A program made the position numbers and the translations under genes. A stretch of DNA of 20,000 nucleotides from contig CP154954.1 of assembly GCA_039621445.1 (NCBI GenBank), forward strand, positions 38,661,301 to 38,681,300, in the 5' to 3' direction. Shown piece after piece: positions 8,340 through 17,945 of this stretch. The first letter of the stretch is position 1; each line of letters opens with the position of its first letter. This stretch comes from Euglena gracilis (lineage: Eukaryota). The notes below the pieces were generated by a model. The model made no database searches, was not told the origin of the DNA, and saw only the letters and a list, made by a program, of their open reading frames with translations.

Positions 8340-11300
8340 CTTATTTATTATTTTTTCTTGTTGGAAAAGTCAGAGGAAACAAATTTGCCATTTTGGTTGT
8401 GAATTCTGGACAACGTTTTCCAGTGGTTATGTCCCCACTCCCTCTTGATGCGTTTCTTTGGACCTCTTCCCCATTCTTTCCTCTGTTTCTCTGCCTGCCT
8501 CCGGCGTTGGCGTTCTGCAAACCTTCTGGCTCTCTCATCTTTTCTTCAGATGAAGGGCCGATGGCCGTGTGAACTTAGTGGGGGGAAGGAACCAGTCACC
8601 CATCTGCCCCCTCAGGGTTTTTTTTAATTTGGAGACTTTGATTTTGATTTTTAATTTGGGGACTCACCCCCCCCCCTGGGGCGGGTGAGTCCCCCCCAAG
8701 GTAGTCAGCCAGATAGTCCCTCGCTCAGAGGCGGGGTTTTGGCTTTTTTTTGGCACAAGGTGCCGATCTTTTTGACCCCAAAATGGGTCCCCACACTGGC
8801 AGGGGGCACCCCCCTGCCCCTGAGTGGGTGGGGGAAGCCAGTTTGTAAAAAAATAAACACTGGCCCAACGCCCGTCTTTGCCAGAGAACCGCAGCGAGTG
8901 GGACAAGCGGGTGTCGGTGCTGGACCAGGGAGCGCCAGGTGTGCTCCCCTCCGGGGGACGCCCTCGGGCGCTATTTGCGATGCGGCCGAACCAGAGAACC
9001 ACCCGATTGCCGACATCCCCACCTCGCAGAAGAGGCACCTTCAGGGGCGAACCTTGCAGATATTTCTTGCAGATATTCCCACATTTTCCACACAAGCAGT
9101 TTTGTTCATTTGTGGGATTTTTGTTTCCAACAGGATTCCGCTTTTAAATGGCAGGTATTTTGGACGCCCAAAAAAATCACTTCGGGGTTTGCTTCTCCCG
9201 GGCACTGCCCCTGGGGGGAGCACCTGTGCCCGCCCAGGCATTCTAGGGTACTCAAGCCCCCCCCCCCCGAGGTTGATCAAATTTGTTTAGCCTGTCATCG
9301 TCACCGCAGCATTCCTTCCAAATAGCTGGAAACTGGCAAACTTGGGCATTGAAGTGGGATAAAAAGCGAGAAAGGAACAAAACCATGAAAATAATTGCGT
9401 GGTGTGGAAACGTTAAGTAATAATCCTATGTGGACTTGGAAAACAGCATTGTGGTTTTGGCATGCATTTGGGGGAATCAGAGCTCTGCGGTTGGCAGCGT
9501 GCAAAAATGTGGAGGAAACCATCGAGCTTCATCGACCACGGGAAAGTATCAGGACAAAGTCCAAAAGCAAGAGAATGCATGGCTTTGTATATTTGCCCTC
9601 TTGTTCCTCAGACACCCGCCATGTGTCGGAGGCAGATTTTGGGAATCTGCTGGTCAAGTTCGTCCAAGAACGTTTTGGGGAGGAGCAGACCAAGCGAATT
9701 GTTGACTCTTTCCGTCGGGTGTGTACTGTTACTCACTGCCCACCTTTTTTAAACACTCCGCATAATTCCTTTTTGTTTATTTGTCATATTTTTTGGTGGC
9801 ATTTAGTCAGAAATGGACATGGCTCAAATTATTATTATACATTTACAATAAATGATTTGCAGTAAATAATAATAATAATAAATGGCAAATAATCAGATAT
9901 ATTCATTGCATGAACAGGGTGGTTCTCAGGCGGCCGGCTTCGCGTTTTCGTGTTGGTTTGTGCATTTGCGCAAATCAACACGGAAAAAAATTGGCAGTGT
10001 GACTACGGGGAGTCGCAGGCATGACACAGTGACCAGCGAGTGGAAATAATGAGTAAGCTGCGTAAATTATGGCGGGTGTAACCCCAGGTATTTTGGCGAA
10101 ATATGGTGTTTTTTGGGGGGGGTCTGGAAATGGGCTCCGCATCTCAAAACTCCCGGGACTTTCCTCCCCGGAATGACAAAAATGCAAAAAAAAAAAAAGA
10201 GGCAAAGGAATGGGACTTTTACCCCCTTCTTGCTCCTTTTATTTAGTGTTATGTGTTTGGTGTGTTTTGCAAAGTGCGGGGAGGGGATGCTGGGGCCTGT
10301 GGGTGTGGTGTGACCAAGCTGGCGGGAAGGACGTAGAGCAAGGAAGGTAAGTGCAGGGTATTTAGCAAGGGATGGGCAGGGGGGGAAGAAATGGGGTGCG
10401 CAGGACGGGCGTTCCCACACAACTTGTGTCCGGGATACCATTGCTTTTCACCTGTCCCACGGGGGTGCCTGACTGGTTTTTGTGAGTGACCCCCCTCCCC
10501 CCTGGGGGGGTCGCTCAGCAATGGTATGATCCGCACAACCAGTTTTGTCACAAAGAACCCGGAAGAAGAAGCACAACCTTTGAAGAGCAAAATTTATTAG
10601 TGGGTGTGAATGCACACACAAACAAATTTTGTTCGTGCGAGCTTTCACGCCCATGAACACAATTTTGTTCATGGACGCCTGTGAACTGACGCCGTCGATA
10701 AACGGCATGACGAAGGGGCCGTGACAGCACGGCGCCAAAAACATATTTTGGGGGGTTTGTCACACCGTTTATCGACGACGTCAGTTCATGGGCGCCAAGG
10801 CGCTCACAAGTATTTGTTTGTGCGCGCATTTGCGCCCACAAACAAAATTTGTTCATGGATTCTGAATGGTCGACACATGGTGTGACAAAATACACAGCCA
10901 TCAAATGCGGGTGAATCGCTGAAGCGCGCATCACGTTTTGTTCGTGAGCACCATGCCCCAAAATGAACCAGTTGCAGAAAATCACAAGGGGTCCATTTGC
11001 GCCTGAGCCCCACACGAACAATGTCCCTTCGTTGTTCTGTTTTCCACCAAGGGTCCGCCCGTTGTTTCGCCCCTGTTCCGCACCGTGCCCCCTTGTGTGC
11101 CAGACGGAGCGGGGCGAGGAGTTCCGCCAGCGGTTCGGCCCGCACCCGTTCATGGAGCAGATCGCCAGCTCATACATCGCAGGACTGGCCAGGACTCCGG
11201 AGAACCTGTTGTGTGGTTTAGACTGGCGGCGCCGCGGCCGACGGTTTTGTGCGCTGCGGCCAATGCCACACCGGAATTCATTTGCGCCACGACCGGTGCC

Positions 11301-14300
11301 GAAAAACTATTCTGTGTCGCAAGGCACCAATTGCATGCTCCACCTCCCCGGCACAGCCCTGGGGCTGACCACCAAACCGGACTGGCCCGCCCCCGCCCAG
11401 ACCTACCCCTGGGCCAAGGTGGTGCAGGAGGGGTGGCCGACCATCCGCGCCGAGCTTGAGGAGGTGTGCCTGGGTGCAGGGGGCGCGTGCCACCACGGCA
11501 CTGGTTCCGTGATTCCATTGGGTTGGGCTTGGCAGGAGGAAAACTTGACCTGGACAAATTTGTGCAGTTAATACTGCCCAAATATGTTTGGATAGTTTCT
11601 AAAATTGCCCAAACTTGCTTTGTTTATTTCAAGCATGTGAAATGCCAAACACCAAATGCACACCCTCCAAATAATTTTGCTCCCCTGAGAAGTTGGTGGG
11701 CCGATCTCATTTGGGCAGTGTTTAAAACCATTGACAAACCAATTTTCCATTTTCAATAAGAGTGATTTTGTGTCAAATGCTCTACTTACCAAGTATTTTA
11801 TCTGATTCGACATCTCTGTTCACTGGACGACAAAACATTGCATTTCGAACGATTTGTTTGTGTTTACCGCCTGGGCATTTTACAGAAATGTGCATCGTTT
11901 TTCATGTTGTTGCTTGTGGGGGGGGCACTGTCATTTGGACGGACAACCATGAGCATGAGTTATTGACCGATGAGGGGTCCCAGGTTCACTTCTGCACAAA
12001 TTTTTCCTTTTCTTTTGTGCAAGCACCGTTATTTGCATTTTTTTTTAAGACAGTGCCTGCAGATGACACTTGGATGCCCCCCCCCCGTGTCCAACAAGCA
12101 TCCATTGTCTGGACAGTTTTCCCTGTCCATTCCGTGTTTGCAGTGAATGGGTGGCTTTTGTCTGTATGGCCAAAATGGTATTTTTGAGGGTTTTTTTTAG
12201 GGTTTTACCTGAATTTTTTTTGACTGAATACCAGCTGGCTTTGAGCTGTTTGCTTTTTTCAAGTTTCTTCCGGTCGGCAGGTCGGCAGCCTGCTGCCCCG
12301 CCCCCCCCCCAAAGCGTGGGGTCCATTTTTCTGGCCAGCTGCCCCTAGTGTGGTTTTTCGACCCCCCCCCCCTCGCAGGTACCCTTGAGAAATTCTCTGA
12401 ATTTCGACCTTGCCATTGTTGAGAGGGACGGGGGTGTCGCCCACCCCCACCCCTTGCATCGCCCAGTGCCCCTGCCAAAACCGTTGTGTGTGTCGGTGTC
12501 GGTCGATTTTTGCACACAAAATAGAACTCCAGTTGGCCCCACTTTTCATTTGCGACTGTCGAATTTGCCCGCCAATTGCATGTTTTCAGTATCAACATCT
12601 GAACAAAATTCATGTTACAATTAGTTGCACCATCAACAATTTTCCCCAGAGGGGGGAGTTTTCCCAAGTCCTGGCCAGAACTGAAGTAACCTGGGGAGCT
12701 TTTGAAGGAATTTAGATACAACAGCTTTTTTTGCAGTTTTTGTGTGTTTTTTTTGTCGCATTTTTCGAGGGTCCCCATTCAGCCCCCCCCCGGGTGTCCC
12801 CCCTTCGCCCATCCCCAGGCCATCCGCCTGGGGGACGAGGGGCTGAAGGCGAAGGGCTCAGTCAGCTGGATGGGGGCGCAGGGCGGCGCCGACTCCTACG
12901 GCACTGAATGGAAGACCCTGGGCCTGTGCGACCGGGGCTACTGGGGCCATGCCGCATGGTGGCGTGGCGGCCACCCCGACCGCGCCGGTACCCCTTGGTC
13001 GGCTCACCTGGCCCTGTGGGGAAACGCTCACACGCCCGTCAAACTGGAAAAGGATTGGGGGTTCCCATTATGTTCCCCGGGACAGTTATTCGAGTGTGCC
13101 GGCCGGATTAGTGCTGAAGAGTGTGAAAAACGTGCGGATGTCACAAAACTTGCAATTTTTTGAATGAATCTGGATGGGTGGTCAGGGACCCCAAATGTGG
13201 TACCCCTTGTCACGGTGGTCTGCGGGGGGGGGGGGGGCATGGGTCGACCCCACACGCGTGAGGGCTGTTGCGGAGCTTCTTTGCTGAGGGGGCGGTTGGA
13301 ACGAACCCGCTGGGGGCGCAACAAATTGGGGCTTGTGGCGGGAGGCCCACCCTGGGGGCCATCCGGCATGCCTTCGACGATGACAACACCCGGCTGTTCA
13401 AGAACACGTGCCGCATCCTTCGCAAATCGAGGTGCGCTGAGTGGGTTTGGTTGCTCCGGTACCACCCCGGAGTTGGATTGTTCTCGCGATGCCAAGGTGG
13501 ATCGTTTGCTGTTCTCTTGATTGAGAGTTTTCTGGTTTCGCTGCACATCTTCATTAAGATCTGTTCGTTGGCTGTGCCACTAGGTTGCCCCCCCCCCACC
13601 CCCGGAGAGAGAAGGGGACCCCCCACCCTTGAGGTGGTCTGGGCGGGTTGGTGTGCCTGGGCCTGGACCTCGGGGGGCGGGGGCTTGGGTATGGGTTTCG
13701 GCACGAAGCGCCAGAAATTTTTTGGGAACGTTTTCAGACGGCCCAATGTTTTTTGGTGCCCCCCCCCCCCTTGGGGTGTCCTGCACTGGGCTTGGTGGGT
13801 TGCCTGGAACCCCCGGAGGGGCCGTAAAAAAAGGAAGTCCGATCAGGTCCCCAAACGTTCTGCAAGGCTGGGAAATGATGTTTCCGTCGGGGCAGTGGTG
13901 CGTTGAGGCATACGCTGGGCCACCAACGCCCCTGCCCCGCGCGGTGCGGGCTGCGCGGCCCAGGGCCCCCATCATGGAGTGCTTCTTCGCCAAGATGCCG
14001 GCGCACACGGCCATCAAGCCCCACTCCGACTACACCAATTTCGTCCTGACCTGCCACCTCGGCCTGAAGACCCCACCGAAGAGCCACATCGCCTGCGGGG
14101 ATGCCCGCCATGAGTGGAGGTGCGCGCACAATTTTGATGCTATCGTCCCAAGAATTTCAATTTATGGTCGAAGTTCGTCTTTATATTTATCCTGCAAGCT
14201 GTCAGTTGCCACCATGGTTGTTGAAATGAGAGAGAACTCCCAAGGCCCACCATGCAGGAACCGGAATGCAAACGTTTTTTTTTTGTGTGTGCGTTTTTTT

Positions 14301-17292
14301 CATGCTTTTTGGGGTTTTTTTTGTTTTGTGTTCCTGCTTTGCTCGGAGTTTTTCCGACCCGCAAAAATTCTACCTTTTTGGTCCTGATATTTTCCCGAGA
14401 CTAAAGTTTTTGCCAAAAAAGGTGTTTTTTTTTTTGGACCTTTGGCCAACAAATTGCAGAAATTTGGAATGGTTTGCAATGGTGAAAGCCATTCCCCCAA
14501 AAAGATGAAAAAATTTTCCAAGTCCTCTCCTGCAGAAACGTGTACATCCTGGGGGAGCTGAAGGAATATACATGCATTCTTTTGCATCTTTTGGCGTCGT
14601 CAAGGGTCAATGTTGCATTTTCCTCCCCTTGCTTTATGGTGAAGGGTCCAATGCTGTCTCCCATCTGCCTGGGCATTTGGCTGAGCCCACATATTAATTT
14701 AGCATCTGCGTGACCCCCCCCCAGGTTTTTGAAAGTGGGTGGGTGGGTTGGGCCGCTGGAACCCTCCCCCCAGGGTGCACCATGGGTCAGTCCGGCGGCC
14801 GGCAATCCAGGCAATTGCTTAAGCACTGACCGACCCCCCCTCCCCGGGGGGGGGTGACTGGTTTTTTCAGAGTGACTGACAGGTCTTTGGCCCGGACTCC
14901 CTCCCCCCCTGGGGGGGGGTCGGCCAGCAGTGGGTCAAAAGTGGCTTGAGTGACCCCGGCGCCTTTGGCGCCGGAAAATTTTTTGGCCTAAAATGGCCTA
15001 AAGTGACTGGAAAGTGGCCGTTTTTCTGAGTGGCCGACCCCCCCCCCGGGGGGGTAGTGACTGGCTGGTTTTTTGAAAATGAGTGACTGACTGGTTTTTT
15101 TTTATAAAAAAGTGGAGTGACCCCCCCCTCCCCCCCCCCCCCCCCGGGGTCGGTAAGCAATTGTATGGTCCGGCCAGTCAAAGGCCATGCTGGGAAAAGT
15201 TTGCAAGAGTTTCTGGCCGATTTTAGGCGAGTTTTGGGTGCGTGGGTTGGTTGGCGTGGGTTTTCAATAAAAGTGGGGGGGGTGGGTTTAAACCCACCCC
15301 GAGGGGGTCTCGGAGTGCCATGGAGTGTCTGGGCAGCCAAAGGCACTGGAGGTCCATTTTTTTTTGCTCAATTTGCCTAAAAGCTTGCCTCTGCAAGGTT
15401 GCTGACTCTTCCAGAAACCCATGCAAATAAAAATTTCTGAAAATGACTGAATTTTTTTTTGCAAGTCCGCACGAAACACAAAGTACGTTATTTTGGGGCC
15501 CTCGAATGATGTGCCGATTTTTAGGTCAAACGTTCCTTCGGTGCCGAACGAATGTCTCTGCACGGCGCTGTGGGGGGACTCTCTGACTGCTGGGGGGCTC
15601 CGACATAAATTCAGTTGGTACCTCCCTGGGGGACAGGCAACCCCGGTTTTTGGTCTCCGGTGGGGTCCGGTGGGATCCGGTGGGTTGCCTTGGGGGGGGG
15701 GGGGGCGGGAAAAAACAGATGTGGCAAAGCGGTTTGGACCGGCTTTTTGCATAGGCACCACCCCTGCCGGGGTCTGCCTGCCGAGAAGAGTTTGATGAAA
15801 ATGCATCGCACCTGAATTGTCGAATTGACGGAGACGTTATCATTCAAAAACCCCATAACCTGTTAGTTTATCAGACTGCTGAGTCGACCTATAGTTGAGT
15901 CGACCAACTAGGTCGGTTGGCTGTACAAGAACTCCGTGCCCATGCAGTGCCACCACATTCATGGCCTGGAGTCAGGGTTTTGGCCTTTTTTTTATTGTCC
16001 CACATGAGTCACCTTTTGGCTCTGTTTAATGGGCCCAGCCAGGTGCTCTCTTTTTGCCCCATCACCACGTGGGACCACCACATGGCGATGCCCTTATAAT
16101 GAAGAAATCCAGAAGAAAAATCTGTGCGTGGAAGAAAATTTCCGGTGGGATGCGGTGGGATCTGGTGGGAAGTCCCCAGTCAAATGGTAAAAAAAAATCC
16201 CCGGTCGGATCCGGTGGCTGTCCTTGCCGGCTGGGGGAGCACTTTTCCCTGGGCTCAATTTTGGTGTCCAGGGGCCTGTGGCGTTCACCCGGGAGTGCAA
16301 AGACCTGTGGTTGCGTCGACCCGTTCAATTCACCATGGGTCGACTAACCCTTGAAGAATTCATGGACCCACGGGGTTGGATAGCCAACGAACACACCCCA
16401 TCAGCAGATTGGATTGCTGAGTCGACTCAACAGGACCACCCCCTGCAATTTGATTTTCCGAGGGTTGGTCGACCCATGGTTCAGTCGACCGACTGAGACT
16501 GCGAACATATTCAGGGGGTCCAACCTCAACGTATTCAGGGGGTCCAACCTCCCCCCCAGTTTTCTGTCATCCCGGATCCCCCAGGTGGTCTGACAACGCT
16601 TTTTTTTCTGTCAGGTCGCTTTCGACTCGTTTTGGCTACTTCAAAAGCAAAAAAAAAAAATCCGTCTGTGTTGGGTAGCTGGATAAAGATCGAAATACTA
16701 CGACCGTATGATTAAAATTTGTATTATTTTGCTCTTTCTGGATTTTTTGTTGCTGTTTTGATTTTTCTGGGCGTAGCTCCAGCTGCAGGACCCATCTGGG
16801 GGGTGTTATACCACCTGTGGGTGGTCGAGGGTGGTCGACCCCCCACCTGGTTTTCTTTCAACCTGGAGGGAGTGTTTCGACCTTGTTCTGACACATTTTT
16901 TGAAGTTTTTCCCCCCTCAATTGCATTTCCTTTTGCCCCTTTTGTGGTGCTCTCTTCTGACAGGGACGGAGAGATGTTCCTGCTGGACACCACGTTCATC
17001 CACGAGGCGGTCAACGAGTCCGATGAAGACCGCTACGTGTTGCCCTCGGCATTGCTGGGGAGGGGGCCCCGCATAACGCCCCAAGCGAGGGACATAGCAC
17101 CGTCCAGGTAGGGGCTGGGGCCAAGGTCACCCAATGCATTGCCATGCTGAGAGGACAATCATGCGGGTGTGGCATCCGGATCTGACGGCGACGGAGATCG
17201 AGGCAATCACTTTCTTGTTTGACTGCGTGGACGACAGCGATATCATCTTGCACCCTGATGGTCTGGCCATGTACGATATGATGAAGGTGTAG
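5571..17292 (+). CDS. Multi-exon gene: plastid-targeted ASPH-family (aspartyl/asparaginyl beta-hydroxylase domain) Fe(II)/2OG dioxygenase, ~441 aa. Exons: 5571-5713, 6245-6398, 7252-7324, 8067-8132, 8885-8938, 9612-9718, 11104-11186, 11367-11463, 12819-12944, 13376-13431, 13964-14119, 16964-17041, 17157-17286 (then GTG TAG, or a further intron)
   Basis: The exons join with consistent phases into 1323 nt of open frame. The product has ASPH-family motifs: YIAGLTTKPDW...WPTIRAELEE, WKTLGL, FFAKMPAHTAIKPHSDYTNFVLTCHLGL, HEWRDGEMFLLDTTFIHEAVNESDEDRYVLIMRVWHPDL. Exons are GC-rich islands in low-complexity introns. The true 3' end is uncertain. Confidence 0.88.
5714..6244 (+). other. Nonconventional intron 1
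   Basis: No GT-AG. The 5' CATCAGTG pairs with the 3' CACTGATG; CAG at +4..+6 and CTG at -8..-6. Removal restores the frame. Confidence 0.7.
5793..5976. mobile_element. Inverted-repeat element inside intron 1
   Basis: ~30-bp inverted ends GTACCTCCCCCCCCCATGCCCAATGAACAC / GTGTTCATTGGGCTTGGGGGGGGAGGTAC. Internal direct repeats: GCCCAATGAACA x3 and GTTCGGACCGTCTRGATTGTCACC x2. Confidence 0.65.
6245..6398 (+). CDS. Exon 2: Ala/Pro/Thr/Val-rich transit-peptide-like region
   Basis: PTEHFVRVAPVTQPTAVVAAVPPRLRDAVAQGPTALAGFLKDADVPTVQSQ; ends CAG|GT in phase 0. Confidence 0.75.
7252..8132 (+). CDS. Exons 3-4 (7252-7324, 8067-8132): stop-transfer helix and basic/PMAMA segment of the presequence
   Basis: Spliced, they read HSDSPHALGSFAMVALGSAVAFVWG|YLLGRKRPQPLPMAMASVGDE. 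Acceptor TTTTTTTGCAG ends at 7251; donor GTGTGT at 8133. Confidence 0.8.
7325..8066 (+). other. Nonconventional intron 3 (contains a MITE)
   Basis: 5' GACAATGCCATCCGGAATGATGT pairs with 3' ACATTTCCCGGTGGCATGGCGGT in the +n/-(n+2) register. Removal rebuilds a continuous transmembrane helix. Confidence 0.8.
7420..7849. mobile_element. hAT-type MITE, family A copy 2 (430 bp), inside nonconventional intron 3
   Basis: TIR CAGGCTTTTGCTTAAGG / CCTTAAGCAAAAGCCTG; perfect TSD CATGCAAT (7412-7419, 7850-7857); colinear and highly similar to 725-1168. Confidence 0.93.
8152..8352. repeat. (TTTA)n microsatellite in intron 4
   Basis: About 200 bp of imperfect TTTA/TTA repeats. Confidence 0.95.
8885..9718 (+). 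CDS. Exons 5-6 (8885-8938, 9612-9718)
   Basis: ENRSEWDKRVSVLDQGAP|DTRHVSEADFGNLLVKFVQERFGEEQTKRIVDSFRR, with AG/GT sites and matching phases. Exon 5 is phase-symmetric, so it is less certain. Confidence 0.7.
10434..10528. mobile_element. Short (95 bp) relative of family B
   Basis: ATACCATTGCT / AGCAATGGTAT inverted ends. The interior and right end (TGACTGGTTTTT...GTGACCCCCCTCCCC...GGGGTCG..AGCAAT.GTATG) resemble 15085-15167. Confidence 0.6.
10543..10890. repeat. Long imperfect inverted repeat (foldback, ~350 bp)
   Basis: Paired arms include TGAACTGACGCCGTCGATAAACGG / CCGTTTATCGACGACGTCAGTTCA, CACAAACAAAT / ATTTGTTTGTG and TTTTGTCACA / TGTGACAAAA. Confidence 0.85.
11104..11463 (+). CDS. Exons 7-8 (11104-11186, 11367-11463)
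   Basis: TERGEEFRQRFGPHPFMEQIASSYIAGL|TTKPDWPAPAQTYPWAKVVQEGWPTIRAELEE, the motif that precedes the ASPH catalytic domain. Confidence 0.85.
11187..11366 (+). other. Nonconventional intron 7 (180 nt, in frame, no stop)
   Basis: CT|GGCCAGGACTCCGG...CCGGCACAGCCCTGGGGCT|GA, with Y|R at both junctions, CAG at +4..+6 and CTG at -8..-6. Confidence 0.85.
12819..14119 (+). CDS. Exons 9-11 (12819-12944, 13376-13431, 13964-14119), including the HxD metal-binding motif
   Basis: AIRLGDEGLKAKGSVSWMGAQGGADSYGTEWKTLGLCDRGYW|DDDNTRLFKNTCRILRKSR|APIMECFFAKMPAHTAIKPHSDYTNFVLTCHLGLKTPPKSHIACGDARHEWR. Confidence 0.9.
12945..13375 (+). other. Nonconventional intron 9
   Basis: CATGCCGCATGG (from +4) pairs 11/12 with CCATCCGGCATG (ending at -6). 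Removal joins GYW to DDDN. Confidence 0.85.
14808..15167. mobile_element. MITE, family B (360 bp), with a TIR related to family A
   Basis: CAGGCAATTGCTTA / TAAGCAATTGTATG (12/14); repeated GTGACTG motif; no clean TSD. Confidence 0.75.
15872..16501. mobile_element. Degenerate MITE-like element with GTCGAC subterminal repeats
   Basis: CAGACT...AGACTG ends with clusters of GTCGAC at both ends; an inverted partial copy at ~18144-18255; no TSD retained. Confidence 0.55.
16964..17286 (+). CDS. Exons 12-13 (16964-17041, 17157-17286), with the distal His, the 2OG-binding Arg and WHPDL
   Basis: DGEMFLLDTTFIHEAVNESDEDRYVL|IMRVWHPDLTATEIEAITFLFDCVDDSDIILHPDGLAMYDMMK. Confidence 0.9.
17042..17156 (+). 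other. Nonconventional intron 12 (115 nt)
   Basis: TT|GCCCTCGGCAT...ATGCTGAGAGGAC|A; an 8-bp stem with one G-U pair in the +4/-6 register and Y|R at both junctions. Removal joins DRYVL to IMRVWHPDL. Confidence 0.87.
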
Positions 17293-17564
17293 GATGTGCA
17301 GTGTGCAGACAGAGTGTGGGAAGCCATGGTTGGTGATAGCTGGAGGCCGAAGTTGAGAAGTACAATGCGCATGATTTTCCTCACTGGAATGTGGAGGTTT
17401 GGCACGAATTTTTGACGTTGATTTGTCAGTTGGGCATGGAAAATATTTAGTTGCATGTGCAATAAATGTTCACCTCCAAAGTGGTTTGAATTTATTGTAG
17501 ATATGTTTCTTCTGGAATCAGGGGGGCAGATTTTTTTTGAGTTTTGTGACCCTGGGGGGTGGTT

Positions 17565-17945
17565 CAGGGTTTTATATAAGGAGGGCGTATATGGTTTAGG
17601 TGGGGGGGTGTCCCCCCACCCCCCTCCCCCTCCTGGCCCGCGGGGGGGGGTCCGCCCCCCCCCCACCTGCCAGGGGGTGGGGGATACCCGGGACCCCCCC
17701 CAAAAAGGGTCAATTTTTTCCTCTGGCGCTTTGCGCCGAAAATTTTTTGCATTTTTTTGGAAAATTTTTGCCCAAAAAGTGCCCAAAATGGCGCTTTTGG
17801 TCGTTTGGGGGGGTCAAAAATTTTCGGTCACCCAGACCGCGCCACTGTTCAGGTGGGGGGGGGTCCCCCCACCCCCCCCCCCTCCTGGCCCGCAGGGGGG
17901 GGGGGTCCAGGCCACCCCCCCCACCTGTCTTTATATCAAACCCTG
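17565..17945. mobile_element. hAT-type MITE, distinct family (381 bp)
   Basis: TIR CAGGGTTTTATATAA / TTATATCAAACCCTG (14/15); perfect TSD GGGTGGTT (17557-17564, 17946-17953); internal duplicated G/C-run block. Confidence 0.9.

Noticed and set aside
8550-8566. Possible micro-exon (DEGPMA) after TTCTTCAG
   Set aside because: It would need an unusual GAG acceptor at 8886 to stay in phase, and the model is in frame without it. Left unresolved.
7992-8572. Hydrophobic YLFI-repeat ORFs resembling membrane proteins
   Set aside because: Translation artefact of the (TTTA)n microsatellite; only 8067-8132 is modelled as exon.
16508-16551. 24-bp-period tandem duplication (TATTCAGGGGGTCCAACCTC x2); similarly AGTCAATTGGCACCAA x2 near 6094-6126
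   Set aside because: Simple local duplications with no further support for function.
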